Positions 39,868 through 48,350 are shown, counted from the stretch's first letter. The stretch: DNA of 64,000 nt from Pseudomonadota bacterium (GCA_038533095.1 JBCAZI010000004.1:3028-67027); one strand, 5' to 3'. A program made the numbers and translations. Notes: generated by a model not told the origin, from the sequence alone.

Positions 39868-41160
39868 TCAAAGCGACAATCGCAGGACAGCGCCCAATAG
39901 TGATGCAACCGCCAGTATTTTGATCATTCCCCAATGCAATCGGAATGCAAGAAAACAGCTTAGTGCAAAAATCAGCCCCGCCAGCCATTCAAAAGAAGCG
40001 ACCTCGGGCCGCCAAAGTGTAACGATGCCCCAGCGATTTTCAACGACCGTGGCGAATAGAACATGCAGTGCGAACCAAATGGACAGGTTCAGGATAACCC
40101 CAACCACTGCCGCCGTGATCGCCTTCAACGCAGCCGTCAGTCTGGTTTGGTTCGATATCCATTCGATATAAGGGGCGCCTGCAAAGATCCAAAGAAAACA
40201 CGGAACGAAGGTGACCCAAAGCGCGACGATAGCAGCGGCGAGACCAAGGAACATGCCGCCCTCTTTGAACCCCGCCAGAAAACCCACGAATTGCGTCACC
40301 AAGATCAGCGGACCGGGTGTGGTTTCGGCCAAGCCCAGCGCGTCAATCATTTCACCAGCAGATAGCCAGCCAAACTGCACCACGACGTCCTGTGCCATAT
40401 AGGCCAACACAGCATAGGCACCGCCGAAGGTAACAATCGCCAGCTTTGAAAAGAAGCTGCCAATCTCGGCAAGAATGGCGGGGCCACCCAACCAGGTGAT
40501 AGCGAAGAGTGGCACGACCCAAATCGCCAGCCAAAGGATGACAGTGCGCAGTGTTTTGCCAGCCGAAACATGCGCCATGTCGACAACCTGCTGCTCCTGC
40601 TGCTTACCTCCCAAAATCCAACCTAAAAGTCCTGCGAACAGCACGATCAAAGGGTAAGGTACGGAAAGAAAGAATATGCCGACAAAGGCGAAACCTGCAA
40701 TCTTCCAGTGTACAGGTTGCACAAGTGCCTTTTTGGCGACCCGCAACAGCGCCTGAACCACAATCACCAGAACGGCGGCCTTGATCCCGTAAAACAGCGC
40801 TTCCACCAAGGGCACGTCGCCGTAAACGGCATAGATCGCCGCAAGCGTCATGATCACCACAGCGCCAGGTATCACAAACAACAGCCCCGCAATCAGGCCG
40901 CCCAACGTGCCGTGCAACCGCCAACCCGCATAGGTTGCCAACTGCATCGCCTCAGGCCCGGGCAACAGCATGCAAAAACTCAGCGCGTTGAGAAACTGTT
41001 GTTCCGACAGCCAAGCGCGGTCCTCAACGACCTCCTTATGCATCAATGCGATCTGCGCCGCAGGGCCGCCAAACGAAAGGATCCCGATTTTCCACCAAAC
41101 ACCCGTCGCCTCTGCCAGCGACGGGGATCGGTGTGTTAGGTTTTCAGCTGAACTGGTCAT
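39868..41160 (-). CDS. chrA: Chromate ion transporter (CHR family)
   Basis: About 430 aa duplicated CHR fold with FGGPAAQIALMH and TFGGAYAVLAYM motifs. ATG 41160 overlaps the chrB-like stop by 1 nt. The maximal ORF reaches 41190. Confidence 0.85.
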   Translation of the reverse strand: MTSSAENLTHRSPSLAEATGVWWKIGILSFGGPAAQIALMHKEVVEDRAWLSEQQFLNALSFCMLLPGPEAMQLATYAGWRLHGTLGGLIAGLLFVIPGAVVIMTLAAIYAVYGDVPLVEALFYGIKAAVLVIVVQALLRVAKKALVQPVHWKIAGFAFVGIFFLSVPYPLIVLFAGLLGWILGGKQQEQQVVDMAHVSAGKTLRTVILWLAIWVVPLFAITWLGGPAILAEIGSFFSKLAIVTFGGAYAVLAYMAQDVVVQFGWLSAGEMIDALGLAETTPGPLILVTQFVGFLAGFKEGGMFLGLAAAIVALWVTFVPCFLWIFAGAPYIEWISNQTRLTAALKAITAAVVGVILNLSIWFALHVLFATVVENRWGIVTLWRPEVASFEWLAGLIFALSCFLAFRLHWGMIKILAVASLLGAVLRLSL

Positions 41161-41600
41161 CACTGTCTCTTTTTTGACGTCATAGGCCAATCATGGTGTT
41201 CGTCTGTTGCATCACGGGCCCAACGATAGAAAGCATCGTAAAGCAACATACCTGCGTCTAATTGTTCCAGAACATCGCGACACATGCGTGACAAACCCAA
41301 GGATGCGGCCAAGAGCCCCGCGGCCTCCGGTGCTAGGTCGTGCCTGTTGGTATCGGCAGCGCGCACGATGGTCGCCAGTTTCGCAAGGGCCTCAGTCTCT
41401 ATCCCAAACTCTTCAACCATGGTGTCAAAGGTGCATCTTTCGCCGCGATGGCTCCAAAACACGCCCTCCATGTCAAAGGGCGTCGCATGGAACCGCGTCG
41501 CCACGTCACTAACCTGAGATGGCGAAACAAACAGAAACTGCGCCTTGGGGTCGATAAAGCGCGCTAATGTTGGTACGGAAATTTCGTTATATGACGCCAT
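41160..41600 (-). CDS. Chromate resistance protein, ChrB C-terminal-domain-only type
   Basis: 146 aa. IDPKAQFLFVSP...ATPFDMEGVFWSHRGERCTFDTMVEEF resembles the Chrome_Resist domain. Coupled to chrA. Confidence 0.6.
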   Translation of the reverse strand: MASYNEISVPTLARFIDPKAQFLFVSPSQVSDVATRFHATPFDMEGVFWSHRGERCTFDTMVEEFGIETEALAKLATIVRAADTNRHDLAPEAAGLLAASLGLSRMCRDVLEQLDAGMLLYDAFYRWARDATDEHHDWPMTSKKRQ

Positions 41601-41791
41601 GACGCACCCTTGAGTAAGAGATCAAACCGGAAGGATGCAAGTTTTGACTGGCGTCTTACGAGGTGCTTGCGAACCCCTGCGCAATCTGTCTACGGCTGAA
41701 TTCTGGTGCTGTCAAATCTTCGGATACGGGTTTTCGATCAGTACGGACAGAAGCACGGCGTGATACGGCCGCATGTAGTAACACGATAAAA

Positions 41792-41841
41792 TGGTGAGCC
41801 GTGATGGGTTCGAACCATCGACCTACTGATTAAAAGTCAAT
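41792..41841 (-). other. 3' half of a tRNA-Lys(UUU) gene (anticodon arm to CCA) with no 5' half: attachment-site remnant
   Basis: Minus strand reads ATTGA CTTTTAA TCAGT AGGTC GATGG TTCGAAC CCATC ACGGCTC A CCA. The required 5' acceptor strand GAGCCGT and the D arm are not present upstream. Confidence 0.75.
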
Positions 41842-42036
41842 GACACCCAATTTTCGACTATCTGTCGCGTAGCATCTCATGCTGTCCGACGTTGACTGAG
41901 AATAGCCGATATTCTGTAGTAAATGCTGACTATCTGAGCTTGTCCCCTAGTCAAAATCTGTCTATCGTCGTCGCAGGACGTCTAGTGCAATCTCGCAAGA
42001 AATGTCCCCCAGCTGTCCCCCAGAATGGGCTAAGGA

Positions 42037-43251
42037 ATGAAGCGCGACCTTAACGACAGGTTCTTGAAAACCCTCGAACCACCCAGCGAGGGCGTTGGCC
42101 GAATTGAGGTGTCTGATACACGCCGTCCAGGTCTACGCTTCCGTCTCTCTTCATCCGGTCGTGCGTCTTGGGTGTTTGAGAAACGCGTCAAAGGCGGAGC
42201 TAAACGCAAACACACGTTTGGTGCATGGCCGGAACCCATTACGCTTGCGATGGCGCGTTCGATGGCTCTTGAAATTGAAGCTGAGGCAGTCCGCGGCATT
42301 GACCGTGTTGCTATCGCCAAAGCTGACAAGCTGGCAGCGGAAGCGGCAAAGTCATCGCAGTTGACCGTCCGCAAGGTTCTTTCAACCTATGACAAACTCC
42401 ATCTGTCGAACCTACGGCGTGGCTCCGAACGGTTGCGGCAATTGGAGCAATCCCTAGCTGTCAAGTTGGATGACCCCATCGGTTCGCTAACGAAAGGCGA
42501 CCTGCAAACACCCATTGATGAAAAACTGACTGCCGGTCGGAGGGTTTACGCCAATCGTATCCGCGCGGCACTTATGGCCTTTACTCGCTGGGCCTGGGAA
42601 CGCGGCCACATTGAGACAGACATTGGGGCTAGCCTCCCGCGTGCAGCCAAGGAAGCAGAGCGTGAGCGTGTACCGTCCATTAATGAAGTTCGGCAGATTT
42701 GGACAGCCACGTTTGAGATGGGGCCAATTTGGGGGCCGTTTTTGCGGCTGTTGATCCTAACAGCGCAGCGGCGTGGAGAAGTGCTTGGGCTTGAATGGTC
42801 GGAGATAGAATTTGAACGTAAGCGCATCGTGAAGCCAGGCGCGAAGAACAAGAATGGAAAGGAGCATGTGACCCACCTATCGGCACCTGCACTGGCTGAG
42901 CTTAAAATGCTCAAGTCTGATCTGAGGGCCGCCGGTAAGCCCGTTTCGGGATACATTTTCACGACAACCGGCAGAACGCCGATTTCAGGCGTTAGTAAAG
43001 CCAAAGCCCGCTTGGACAAACTTTTGGGCGATGATTTCGATCCATGGCGTCTACATGATCTGCGAACATCATTCTCGACGGCGATGGCGGAAGCGGGTGT
43101 GCCTGAAAGCGTCGCTGACCGCGTGCTGAACCATTCGGCAGTTGGATCTGCGCCAAGCGCCGTTGCACGGGTCTACAACAAGGCCGAGATGCTGCCACAG
43201 CGGGCGGAGGCGTTGGATTCGTGGGCGCGGTTGGTGACCTATGCCGATTAA
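42037..43251 (+). CDS. int: Tyrosine-type site-specific integrase (P4-like, with DUF4102-type N-terminal arm-binding domain)
   Basis: 404 aa. N-terminus LNDRFLKTLEPPSEGVGRIEVSDTRRPGLRFRLSSSGRASWVF. Catalytic region LTAQRRGEVLGLEW ... HDLRTSFSTAMAEAG ... VLNHS ... VYNK (R..HxxR..Y). Confidence 0.9.
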   Translation: MKRDLNDRFLKTLEPPSEGVGRIEVSDTRRPGLRFRLSSSGRASWVFEKRVKGGAKRKHTFGAWPEPITLAMARSMALEIEAEAVRGIDRVAIAKADKLAAEAAKSSQLTVRKVLSTYDKLHLSNLRRGSERLRQLEQSLAVKLDDPIGSLTKGDLQTPIDEKLTAGRRVYANRIRAALMAFTRWAWERGHIETDIGASLPRAAKEAERERVPSINEVRQIWTATFEMGPIWGPFLRLLILTAQRRGEVLGLEWSEIEFERKRIVKPGAKNKNGKEHVTHLSAPALAELKMLKSDLRAAGKPVSGYIFTTTGRTPISGVSKAKARLDKLLGDDFDPWRLHDLRTSFSTAMAEAGVPESVADRVLNHSAVGSAPSAVARVYNKAEMLPQRAEALDSWARLVTYAD

Positions 43252-43945
43252 CCGTGAAAAGAACCCTCTTGATGACTTTTGGGACGAGCTCAAGAACAAC
43301 GCTGAAATCACACGCATTTTGGCTGTGATGGAAAGATTTAACCGAACCGGATACCATGTAAGCGTCTCCGATGCGCTGCCACTCTCGAAGGGTTGGATAT
43401 GCGATCCTGATATTCAAGATGCAGTGCCCGCATCCACTGCCGATGACTTAAAACGGCTTACAAAGGGAATCGAAGCCGCCAATGCAGCACTGAAATCGCT
43501 CCATCCTTCTATTTTGCAGTCGCTAGAATATAGCTTTGCATCTACACGCAAAGAAGAAGACGGCGTCAGGTTCTTTACCCGACAAAATGAACCCTTCAAT
43601 TGTTATGATCAGATTTCGACTCTTCTCACTTATTTACAAGAGGGGCTTGCAAAGGAGAATCCTGCCTCTCCCATTACCAACGCGCTAAAGTTTGCAGAAG
43701 AAATCCCCACGAAATCAAAACAGGCTACCATTCATTCAACTTGGGCCAAGATCAAGCTTGTAAGGAATGCGCGTGCAATCTGGCCAAGCTTAACCGGAAA
43801 TCGTTCTGCTCCATTGGAGCCAAGCCCAGGGACAAACTTCTTTGAATTTGTTGCCGAACTAACTTGTGCTTTGGAATTAAGCGAAGGTTGGGAAACCAGA
43901 AGCGTTTTCAACGCCTATAAAAAGCATACAAAATCAAAGTCTTAA
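43241..43945 (+). CDS. Hypothetical protein (234 aa), AT-richer orphan between int and alpA
   Basis: Long ORF overlapping the int stop by 11 nt. I recognise no motif. By eye its composition is lower in GC than its neighbours. Confidence 0.55.
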   Translation: MPINREKNPLDDFWDELKNNAEITRILAVMERFNRTGYHVSVSDALPLSKGWICDPDIQDAVPASTADDLKRLTKGIEAANAALKSLHPSILQSLEYSFASTRKEEDGVRFFTRQNEPFNCYDQISTLLTYLQEGLAKENPASPITNALKFAEEIPTKSKQATIHSTWAKIKLVRNARAIWPSLTGNRSAPLEPSPGTNFFEFVAELTCALELSEGWETRSVFNAYKKHTKSKS

Positions 43946-44053
43946 CTCGCCACCCATAGCTGATGTCAAAAAAACTGAACTAGCTATGGGTGCCACAACA
44001 TCAACTTGGCAGCAGAGTCGCATTCAGTAGCAACCGAACGCGAGGTGCATCAA

Positions 44054-44254
44054 ATGACATTTGCAAGCCAAGACCGCCTTGTTTCAGTCCGTGATACAGC
44101 AGCCATGTTGGGCTGTAGCGTTGCCACGGTCTGGCGCAAGGTATCGGAAGGGTCATTTCCGCAGCCGATGAAAATCGGCGGGATGACACGATGGTCGGAG
44201 ACTGAGCTCCTAAGCTTTATCGATGACGCCAAACAAACACGCGAAGCCGCCTAA
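44054..44254 (+). CDS. alpA: AlpA-family transcriptional regulator / excisionase-like HTH protein
   Basis: MTFASQDRLVSVRDTAAMLGCSVATVWRKVSEGSFPQPMKIGGMTRWSETELLSFI is the canonical AlpA/MerR-like phage HTH. The track ORF starts at 44006. Confidence 0.85.
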   Translation: MTFASQDRLVSVRDTAAMLGCSVATVWRKVSEGSFPQPMKIGGMTRWSETELLSFIDDAKQTREAA

Positions 44255-44358
44255 AGAAAGCCCCCGCAATCCACATCCGGGTTCGCAGGGGCCGTATTTC
44301 TTTAGCACACATTGAGAATAGCGGATGCGACCCGGTCAAACAAGCCAGTGAGGCAAAA

Positions 44359-44718
44359 ATGACCGAGCAAAATACAAGACCACCTTCAAACGCCAAGCGA
44401 GTCTACCGATGGACAGACTTGCCAGCTGCAACAGAAGCTGCGGCGTATCGCGTTTATGATCCTGATCAGGAACCGCGTACATTCGTTGTTTCAAAGCATA
44501 TGCGCCAAGTTCTAGAGGGGCTCATGCAGCACCCAATCTATGCCGCAAGCTACTGCCGCATCTCCGACCAGGTATTGCCGCTGCGCCGCGATCATGGTGT
44601 CAGCATCTGTTGCGATATGTTCAGCAACGACGTTGAAACAGGTCGCTCCCGGTTTGGAGTTTACGTCCTAGAAAGCAAGGTGGAGCGGGTTACACACAAT
44701 GAGGAGGACGCAGCATGA
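44359..44718 (+). CDS. Hypothetical protein (119 aa), possibly winged-helix DNA-binding
   Basis: ORF with ATGA coupling to the next small ORF. Precedes the replication genes. The domain call is a weak impression only. Confidence 0.5.
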   Translation: MTEQNTRPPSNAKRVYRWTDLPAATEAAAYRVYDPDQEPRTFVVSKHMRQVLEGLMQHPIYAASYCRISDQVLPLRRDHGVSICCDMFSNDVETGRSRFGVYVLESKVERVTHNEEDAA

Positions 44719-44840
44719 AGCGCCTCCAAACTTCAAAACCCCGCCAACTCCAAGAACGTCGCATTCGCTGGCAGCATGGTTTGTCGCGATCACGGGCAGG
44801 ACTGATTGCCCAGCTGCACTATGGGGAAGCGCGCCAATGA
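44715..44840 (+). CDS. Small basic ORF (41 aa) translationally coupled on both sides
   Basis: Below the track cutoff. GAGGAGG lies 7 nt upstream of ATG 44715. Sequence MKRLQTSKPRQLQERRIRWQHGLSRSRAGLIAQLHYGEARQ. Its TGA overlaps Prim-Pol ATG 44837 (ATGA). Confidence 0.4.
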   Translation: MKRLQTSKPRQLQERRIRWQHGLSRSRAGLIAQLHYGEARQ

Positions 44841-45631
44841 GTACTTCGTTCAAAATGTTTCCTGTTGGCCCGGACAAACGGCCTTTGCTTACTGGCTGGC
44901 AAGACAAAGCTACCGCTGACCCGAAAATCATCGCTGATTGGCAGAAGCAAGGCGCAAAGGCATTCGGTATCCCGACCGGGGAGAGCAACGGCCTTTTTGT
45001 CATTGATCTCGACACAGACAAGGAAACCGGAGAGGCAATTGGTGCGGCAAAGTTAGAGCAGAGCCGCTATGGCTACTTGCTGGATCAGGTGTGCGTCACA
45101 ACGCCGTCAGGTGGTGCGCACATCTACTTTCAGCATTTCGAGGGCGCACGTAACTCAACCTCGAAGCTAGCGCCCAAGGTAGATACCAGAGGCGAAGGCG
45201 GGTATGTCGTTGCTCCTGGCTCAGTAATCGCATGTGGCGAGTACAAAGGGGCTTACCCAAGTAGTCTGCCTGTAGTCCCTTTGGGGATACGCGCGTTGCT
45301 TCTCCAAAAGCATCAGCCGCAAACGTACAGCGGCGGCAGAGAAGCCGCTGCAGGCGAAGTGCAAGAGCTTTTAGAGTACATCCCAGCCGATTGCACGTAC
45401 AGCAACTGGGTGGCTGTTTTGATGGCCCTCCATGCGAAGTTCGCAGGCTCCGAGGAAGGCCTGCAGGTCGCCGACACTTGGAGCGCTTCTGGGTCGAAGT
45501 ACAAGCCCGGCGAAGTCGCTTCAAAGTGGCGCACATTTAAGGGCAGCGGCGTCTCCTGGGCGACCATCCCGGCGCTGGCACGACAAAATGGTGCAGACCT
45601 CTCAGAGATTGCGCGGAGGTGGCCTGCATGA
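44837..45631 (+). CDS. Bifunctional DNA primase/polymerase (Prim-Pol N-terminal domain + PriCT-2-like C-terminal domain)
   Basis: MFPVGPDKRPLLTGWQDKAT, GLFVIDLDTD, GGAHIYF and VDTRGEGGYVVAPGS are Prim-Pol motifs. The C-terminus YSNWVAVLMALH...KWRTFK is PriCT-like. The track ORF starts at 44699. Confidence 0.8.
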   Translation: MSTSFKMFPVGPDKRPLLTGWQDKATADPKIIADWQKQGAKAFGIPTGESNGLFVIDLDTDKETGEAIGAAKLEQSRYGYLLDQVCVTTPSGGAHIYFQHFEGARNSTSKLAPKVDTRGEGGYVVAPGSVIACGEYKGAYPSSLPVVPLGIRALLLQKHQPQTYSGGREAAAGEVQELLEYIPADCTYSNWVAVLMALHAKFAGSEEGLQVADTWSASGSKYKPGEVASKWRTFKGSGVSWATIPALARQNGADLSEIARRWPA

Positions 45632-46695
45632 ATGTAATGACACTGAACCGATCATCCGAAAGAGCAGCAGAGCTTGCAAAGAAGATGGTCGCATCGCGCG
45701 ACGTCGAGCCAACGCTAGCCACGAACTACCTTATGAAGGGGTGGCTAGACAGGAGGTGCCAATCGATCCTTTACGGGGCCTCGAACGCGGGCAAAACCTT
45801 TGTGGTGCTTGATATGGCCATGCATGTGGCTGCCAACCTCCCTTGGCGTGGGCATCGTGTTCGTGGCGGGGCGGTCCTATACATTGCCGCTGAAGGCCAA
45901 GCGGGTATCAACAACCGGATTGCAGCAATCAAGGCAGATAAGCCTGATCTTGCAGACGCTGACCTGGACGTGCTCCCTAGCACGGTTGATTTGTATGGCA
46001 GTCAAGATGCGCTAGCCATCTGTGAGGCGATTTCGGGACCTCCTCCAGTACTCATAATTGTTGATACATTGGCGCGTGCAATGGGTGGCGGAGATGAGAA
46101 CACTGCTAAGGATGCGGCCGTGTTCCTAGCCAACTGCAAGCTTATCGAAGAGGCCACTGGTGCCCATGTCATGGTCGTACATCACAGCGGCAAAGACTCC
46201 GATAAGGGCGCAAGAGGTTCTTCAGCTTTTCGGGGCGCAGTAGATACCGAAATCAGCGTCACCGCAGATGGCAAAATCGAAAGCCATAAACAGCGCGATC
46301 AGCCAAAGCCTGACCCGCTTTATTTCAGCCTGCGGCCAGTCGTGTTGGGCGTAGACGAGGACGGAGAAGAAGTGACTTCTGCCGTGGTCGATGCTGCTGA
46401 TCCTCCAAAGGCAACCAAGAAGCCGCTCACGGGCAAGAACGAGGTCGCCATCCAAGCTCTCGACGATGCCCTAAGGGAACATGGCAGCTCAAAATCTGGC
46501 AACTTCTACCCGGTTGGGCGCAAGGTCGTCCACATCGACCATTGGCGAGCTGCCTGCAAGGTTCATGGACTTACCGGCGGCGCCAGCGAAAGCTCGGAGC
46601 GCATGGCGTTCAAACGAGCCAAAGACAAACTGATGGACCTCAATGAGGTGCGCGAGTGGGGCGACCACGTTTGGAGGGTTCAAGAAGATGACTAA
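45628..46695 (+). CDS. RecA-fold AAA ATPase, RepA/AAA_25-like replicative helicase-type protein
   Basis: Walker A YGASNAGKTFVVLDM, Walker B LIIVDTLARAMGGGDEN, and VMVVHHSGKD. ATG 45628 forms an ATGA overlap with the Prim-Pol stop. Confidence 0.75.
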   Translation: MNVMTLNRSSERAAELAKKMVASRDVEPTLATNYLMKGWLDRRCQSILYGASNAGKTFVVLDMAMHVAANLPWRGHRVRGGAVLYIAAEGQAGINNRIAAIKADKPDLADADLDVLPSTVDLYGSQDALAICEAISGPPPVLIIVDTLARAMGGGDENTAKDAAVFLANCKLIEEATGAHVMVVHHSGKDSDKGARGSSAFRGAVDTEISVTADGKIESHKQRDQPKPDPLYFSLRPVVLGVDEDGEEVTSAVVDAADPPKATKKPLTGKNEVAIQALDDALREHGSSKSGNFYPVGRKVVHIDHWRAACKVHGLTGGASESSERMAFKRAKDKLMDLNEVREWGDHVWRVQEDD

Positions 46696-46701
46696 TCGAA
46701 T

Positions 46702-46801
46702 CGTCACAAACGTCACGCACCGTCACAGTGCGTCACCTGTTCTGCCCAGTTCTACCGTCACGAACGTCACACACACCTATAGGTGTGTGACGGATGTGAC
46801 G
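46702..46801. repeat. Iteron-like array: six direct CGTCAC copies (46702, 46711, 46721, 46731, 46756, 46765), two inverted GTGACG copies (46787, 46796), and a near-perfect palindrome ACACACCTATAGGTGTGT
   Basis: Read directly. The first four copies are spaced 9-10 bp apart, one helical turn. Located immediately after the RepA-like gene. Confidence 0.8.
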
Positions 46802-46842
46802 CTGGGTGGCTTCTCTGGGGGCAAGAAGGAGGCTGTTCTCAA

Positions 46843-47151
46843 ATGAAGCATCAAAGACACTTCTGGAAGGCTGGTATCAACTCAGAAACAGGCTTTGCCT
46901 TACTGGCCGAGTACGGCAGCCAACCGGGCTACTTCGCGCAAGGCCCGGATGGGTCCGTTCGTCCGCTTACAGCCACGGAGTCCGCGGCGGTGGTCGATAA
47001 GTTGGGAGAGGCCCCTAAGCGGCTCATACCGCCCTCATGCAGCCCCAAACACAACACAGGCCTTCGCGAACGCGTTGCGCAAGCAATGGGATACGAAAAG
47101 CGCACAAGCAGCGCCACTGACAAAGGCAGGTACACAGCACATGACTTCTGA
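46843..47151 (+). CDS. Hypothetical protein (about 102 aa)
   Basis: ORF MKHQRHFWKAGINSETGFALLAEY..., starting after the iterons. Overlaps the DUF5681 start by 11 nt. The track ORF begins at 46783, inside the palindrome. Confidence 0.45.
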   Translation: MKHQRHFWKAGINSETGFALLAEYGSQPGYFAQGPDGSVRPLTATESAAVVDKLGEAPKRLIPPSCSPKHNTGLRERVAQAMGYEKRTSSATDKGRYTAHDF

Positions 47152-47590
47152 GGAAGACAACCGCAATCGCGGTGAATTAGCGGAGGGGCGCACCCCAGAT
47201 GGACGTTTCGCCAAAGGTAATAAGGGGCGACCATACGGGACACGCACAAGGGCCACGAAGGCGGTTATGGAGATACTCGACGGCCAAGTGGAACAGATCA
47301 CGGAAAAGGCCCTCAGCTTGGCCCTGCAGGGCGACACGACCGCTTTGCGACTGTGTCTCGAACGGATAGCACCGCCCCGCAAAGATGCTCCAGTTGAGTT
47401 TGATCTTCCCAAGATGGAAGGTGCGGACGACGCTGCCAAGGCCGCAGCATCTATCCTTGCTGCGGTCTCGCAAGGGGACCTGACGCCAACCGAGGGCGCT
47501 CATGTGATGGCTCTGATCGAGACCTATCGTAGGACCTTGGAAGCTACCGAAATCGAAAAACGACTGACAGAGCTGGAGAACGCTAGATGA
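47141..47590 (+). CDS. DUF5681-like protein (about 149 aa)
   Basis: RFAKGNKGRPYGTRTRATKAVMEIL...ALQGDTTALRLCLERIAPPRKD resembles the basic G-rich N-terminus plus helical core of DUF5681, from memory. I prefer ATG 47141 over the track start 46895. Confidence 0.5.
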   Translation: MTSEEDNRNRGELAEGRTPDGRFAKGNKGRPYGTRTRATKAVMEILDGQVEQITEKALSLALQGDTTALRLCLERIAPPRKDAPVEFDLPKMEGADDAAKAAASILAAVSQGDLTPTEGAHVMALIETYRRTLEATEIEKRLTELENAR

Positions 47591-47736
47591 CCACAGACTC
47601 AATCAAAAAACGGCTTGCGGCCATTGAGCCCCCGAGTGAGCCAATGAAGTTCGTCGTAACCATCGGCGAGGCCCCAGATAACGGCATCATCAAAGAGCCG
47701 GTCAAAGTTACTGTAAGGGAAACGACGGATGAGTAG
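47587..47736 (+). CDS. Small ORF (49 aa)
   Basis: Below the track cutoff. ATGA overlap with the DUF5681 stop. Sequence MTTDSIKKRLAAIEPPSEPMKFVVTIGEAPDNGIIKEPVKVTVRETTDE. Overlaps the next ORF by 8 nt. Confidence 0.4.
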   Translation: MTTDSIKKRLAAIEPPSEPMKFVVTIGEAPDNGIIKEPVKVTVRETTDE

Positions 47737-47977
47737 CAGTATCAGAAGACGCCTACAGGCTTTGGCTCCCACAACCGGCACGGGCCCCGTAGGGTTCAGT
47801 CACGTGTTTCTGGTGCCTTTGCGGGGCAAGCACGACACCTCGCCACCAAGTGATCCGCGTTATTCATGCATGGTTCCCGGCAGGATTTCCGGGGCGATAG
47901 GCAGCAATCCCGGCGAAAGCTACGAGGCTTTCCAAGCCCGCATGCAAGAGGAGTACCCATCAGATGCAACGCAATAG
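47729..47977 (+). CDS. Hypothetical protein (82 aa)
   Basis: Track ORF. Its N-terminus SSIRRRLQALAP echoes the IKKRLAAIEP of the preceding small ORF. Overlaps the next ORF by 14 nt. Confidence 0.45.
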   Translation: MSSSIRRRLQALAPTTGTGPVGFSHVFLVPLRGKHDTSPPSDPRYSCMVPGRISGAIGSNPGESYEAFQARMQEEYPSDATQ

Positions 47978-48350
47978 CCTACAGGATCGCGCCACAGCCC
48001 GGCGATTGGCAAAAACTCTGGCAACACATTGCTATGGAAAGGCTGCAGATGGTTCTGAGGTCTTAATCGACAGCCCTGAAGCGACGGGTACCTTGGAGCG
48101 GGCCTTCCATCACTTTCTCCTAAATGGACCAGACCCTCATGTGATCAAGCTCTCAGGGGCCGCAGTCAAAGGGTTTCCGGTTTCAGGGATACTTCCAGAC
48201 GCGGATTGGTATCTAAGTGTTTGGATCGACGAGAGACACCAACCCCGCTTTCATGTTCGTCAAGCTGACAGCGCAATAGGTCACGGCCTAGATCACGAAA
48301 TGCAGTGCCGGAACGCCGTCGCTAAAGCGGTTCAGATCACTGCGATTTAG
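47964..48350 (+). CDS. Hypothetical protein (128 aa)
   Basis: Track ORF within the same co-directional, overlapping gene string. Confidence 0.45.
   Translation: MQRNSLQDRATARRLAKTLATHCYGKAADGSEVLIDSPEATGTLERAFHHFLLNGPDPHVIKLSGAAVKGFPVSGILPDADWYLSVWIDERHQPRFHVRQADSAIGHGLDHEMQCRNAVAKAVQITAI

Noticed and set aside
41792-41880. Tried to fold the region as a complete tRNA-Lys gene.
   Set aside because: The sequence upstream of the anticodon arm cannot pair with the 3' acceptor strand ACGGCTC and has no D arm. Only the 3' 50 nt are tRNA-like.
46702-46801. Considered whether the short repeat array could be a CRISPR array.
   Set aside because: The repeat unit is only 6 bp with 3-4 bp 'spacers', there are no cas genes, and inverted copies are present. 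It is iteron-like, not CRISPR.
46643-46846. 67-aa ORF with repeated VTNVTH peptide.
   Set aside because: It is the literal translation of the CGTCAC iteron array. The periodic DNA repeat explains it better than a coding function.
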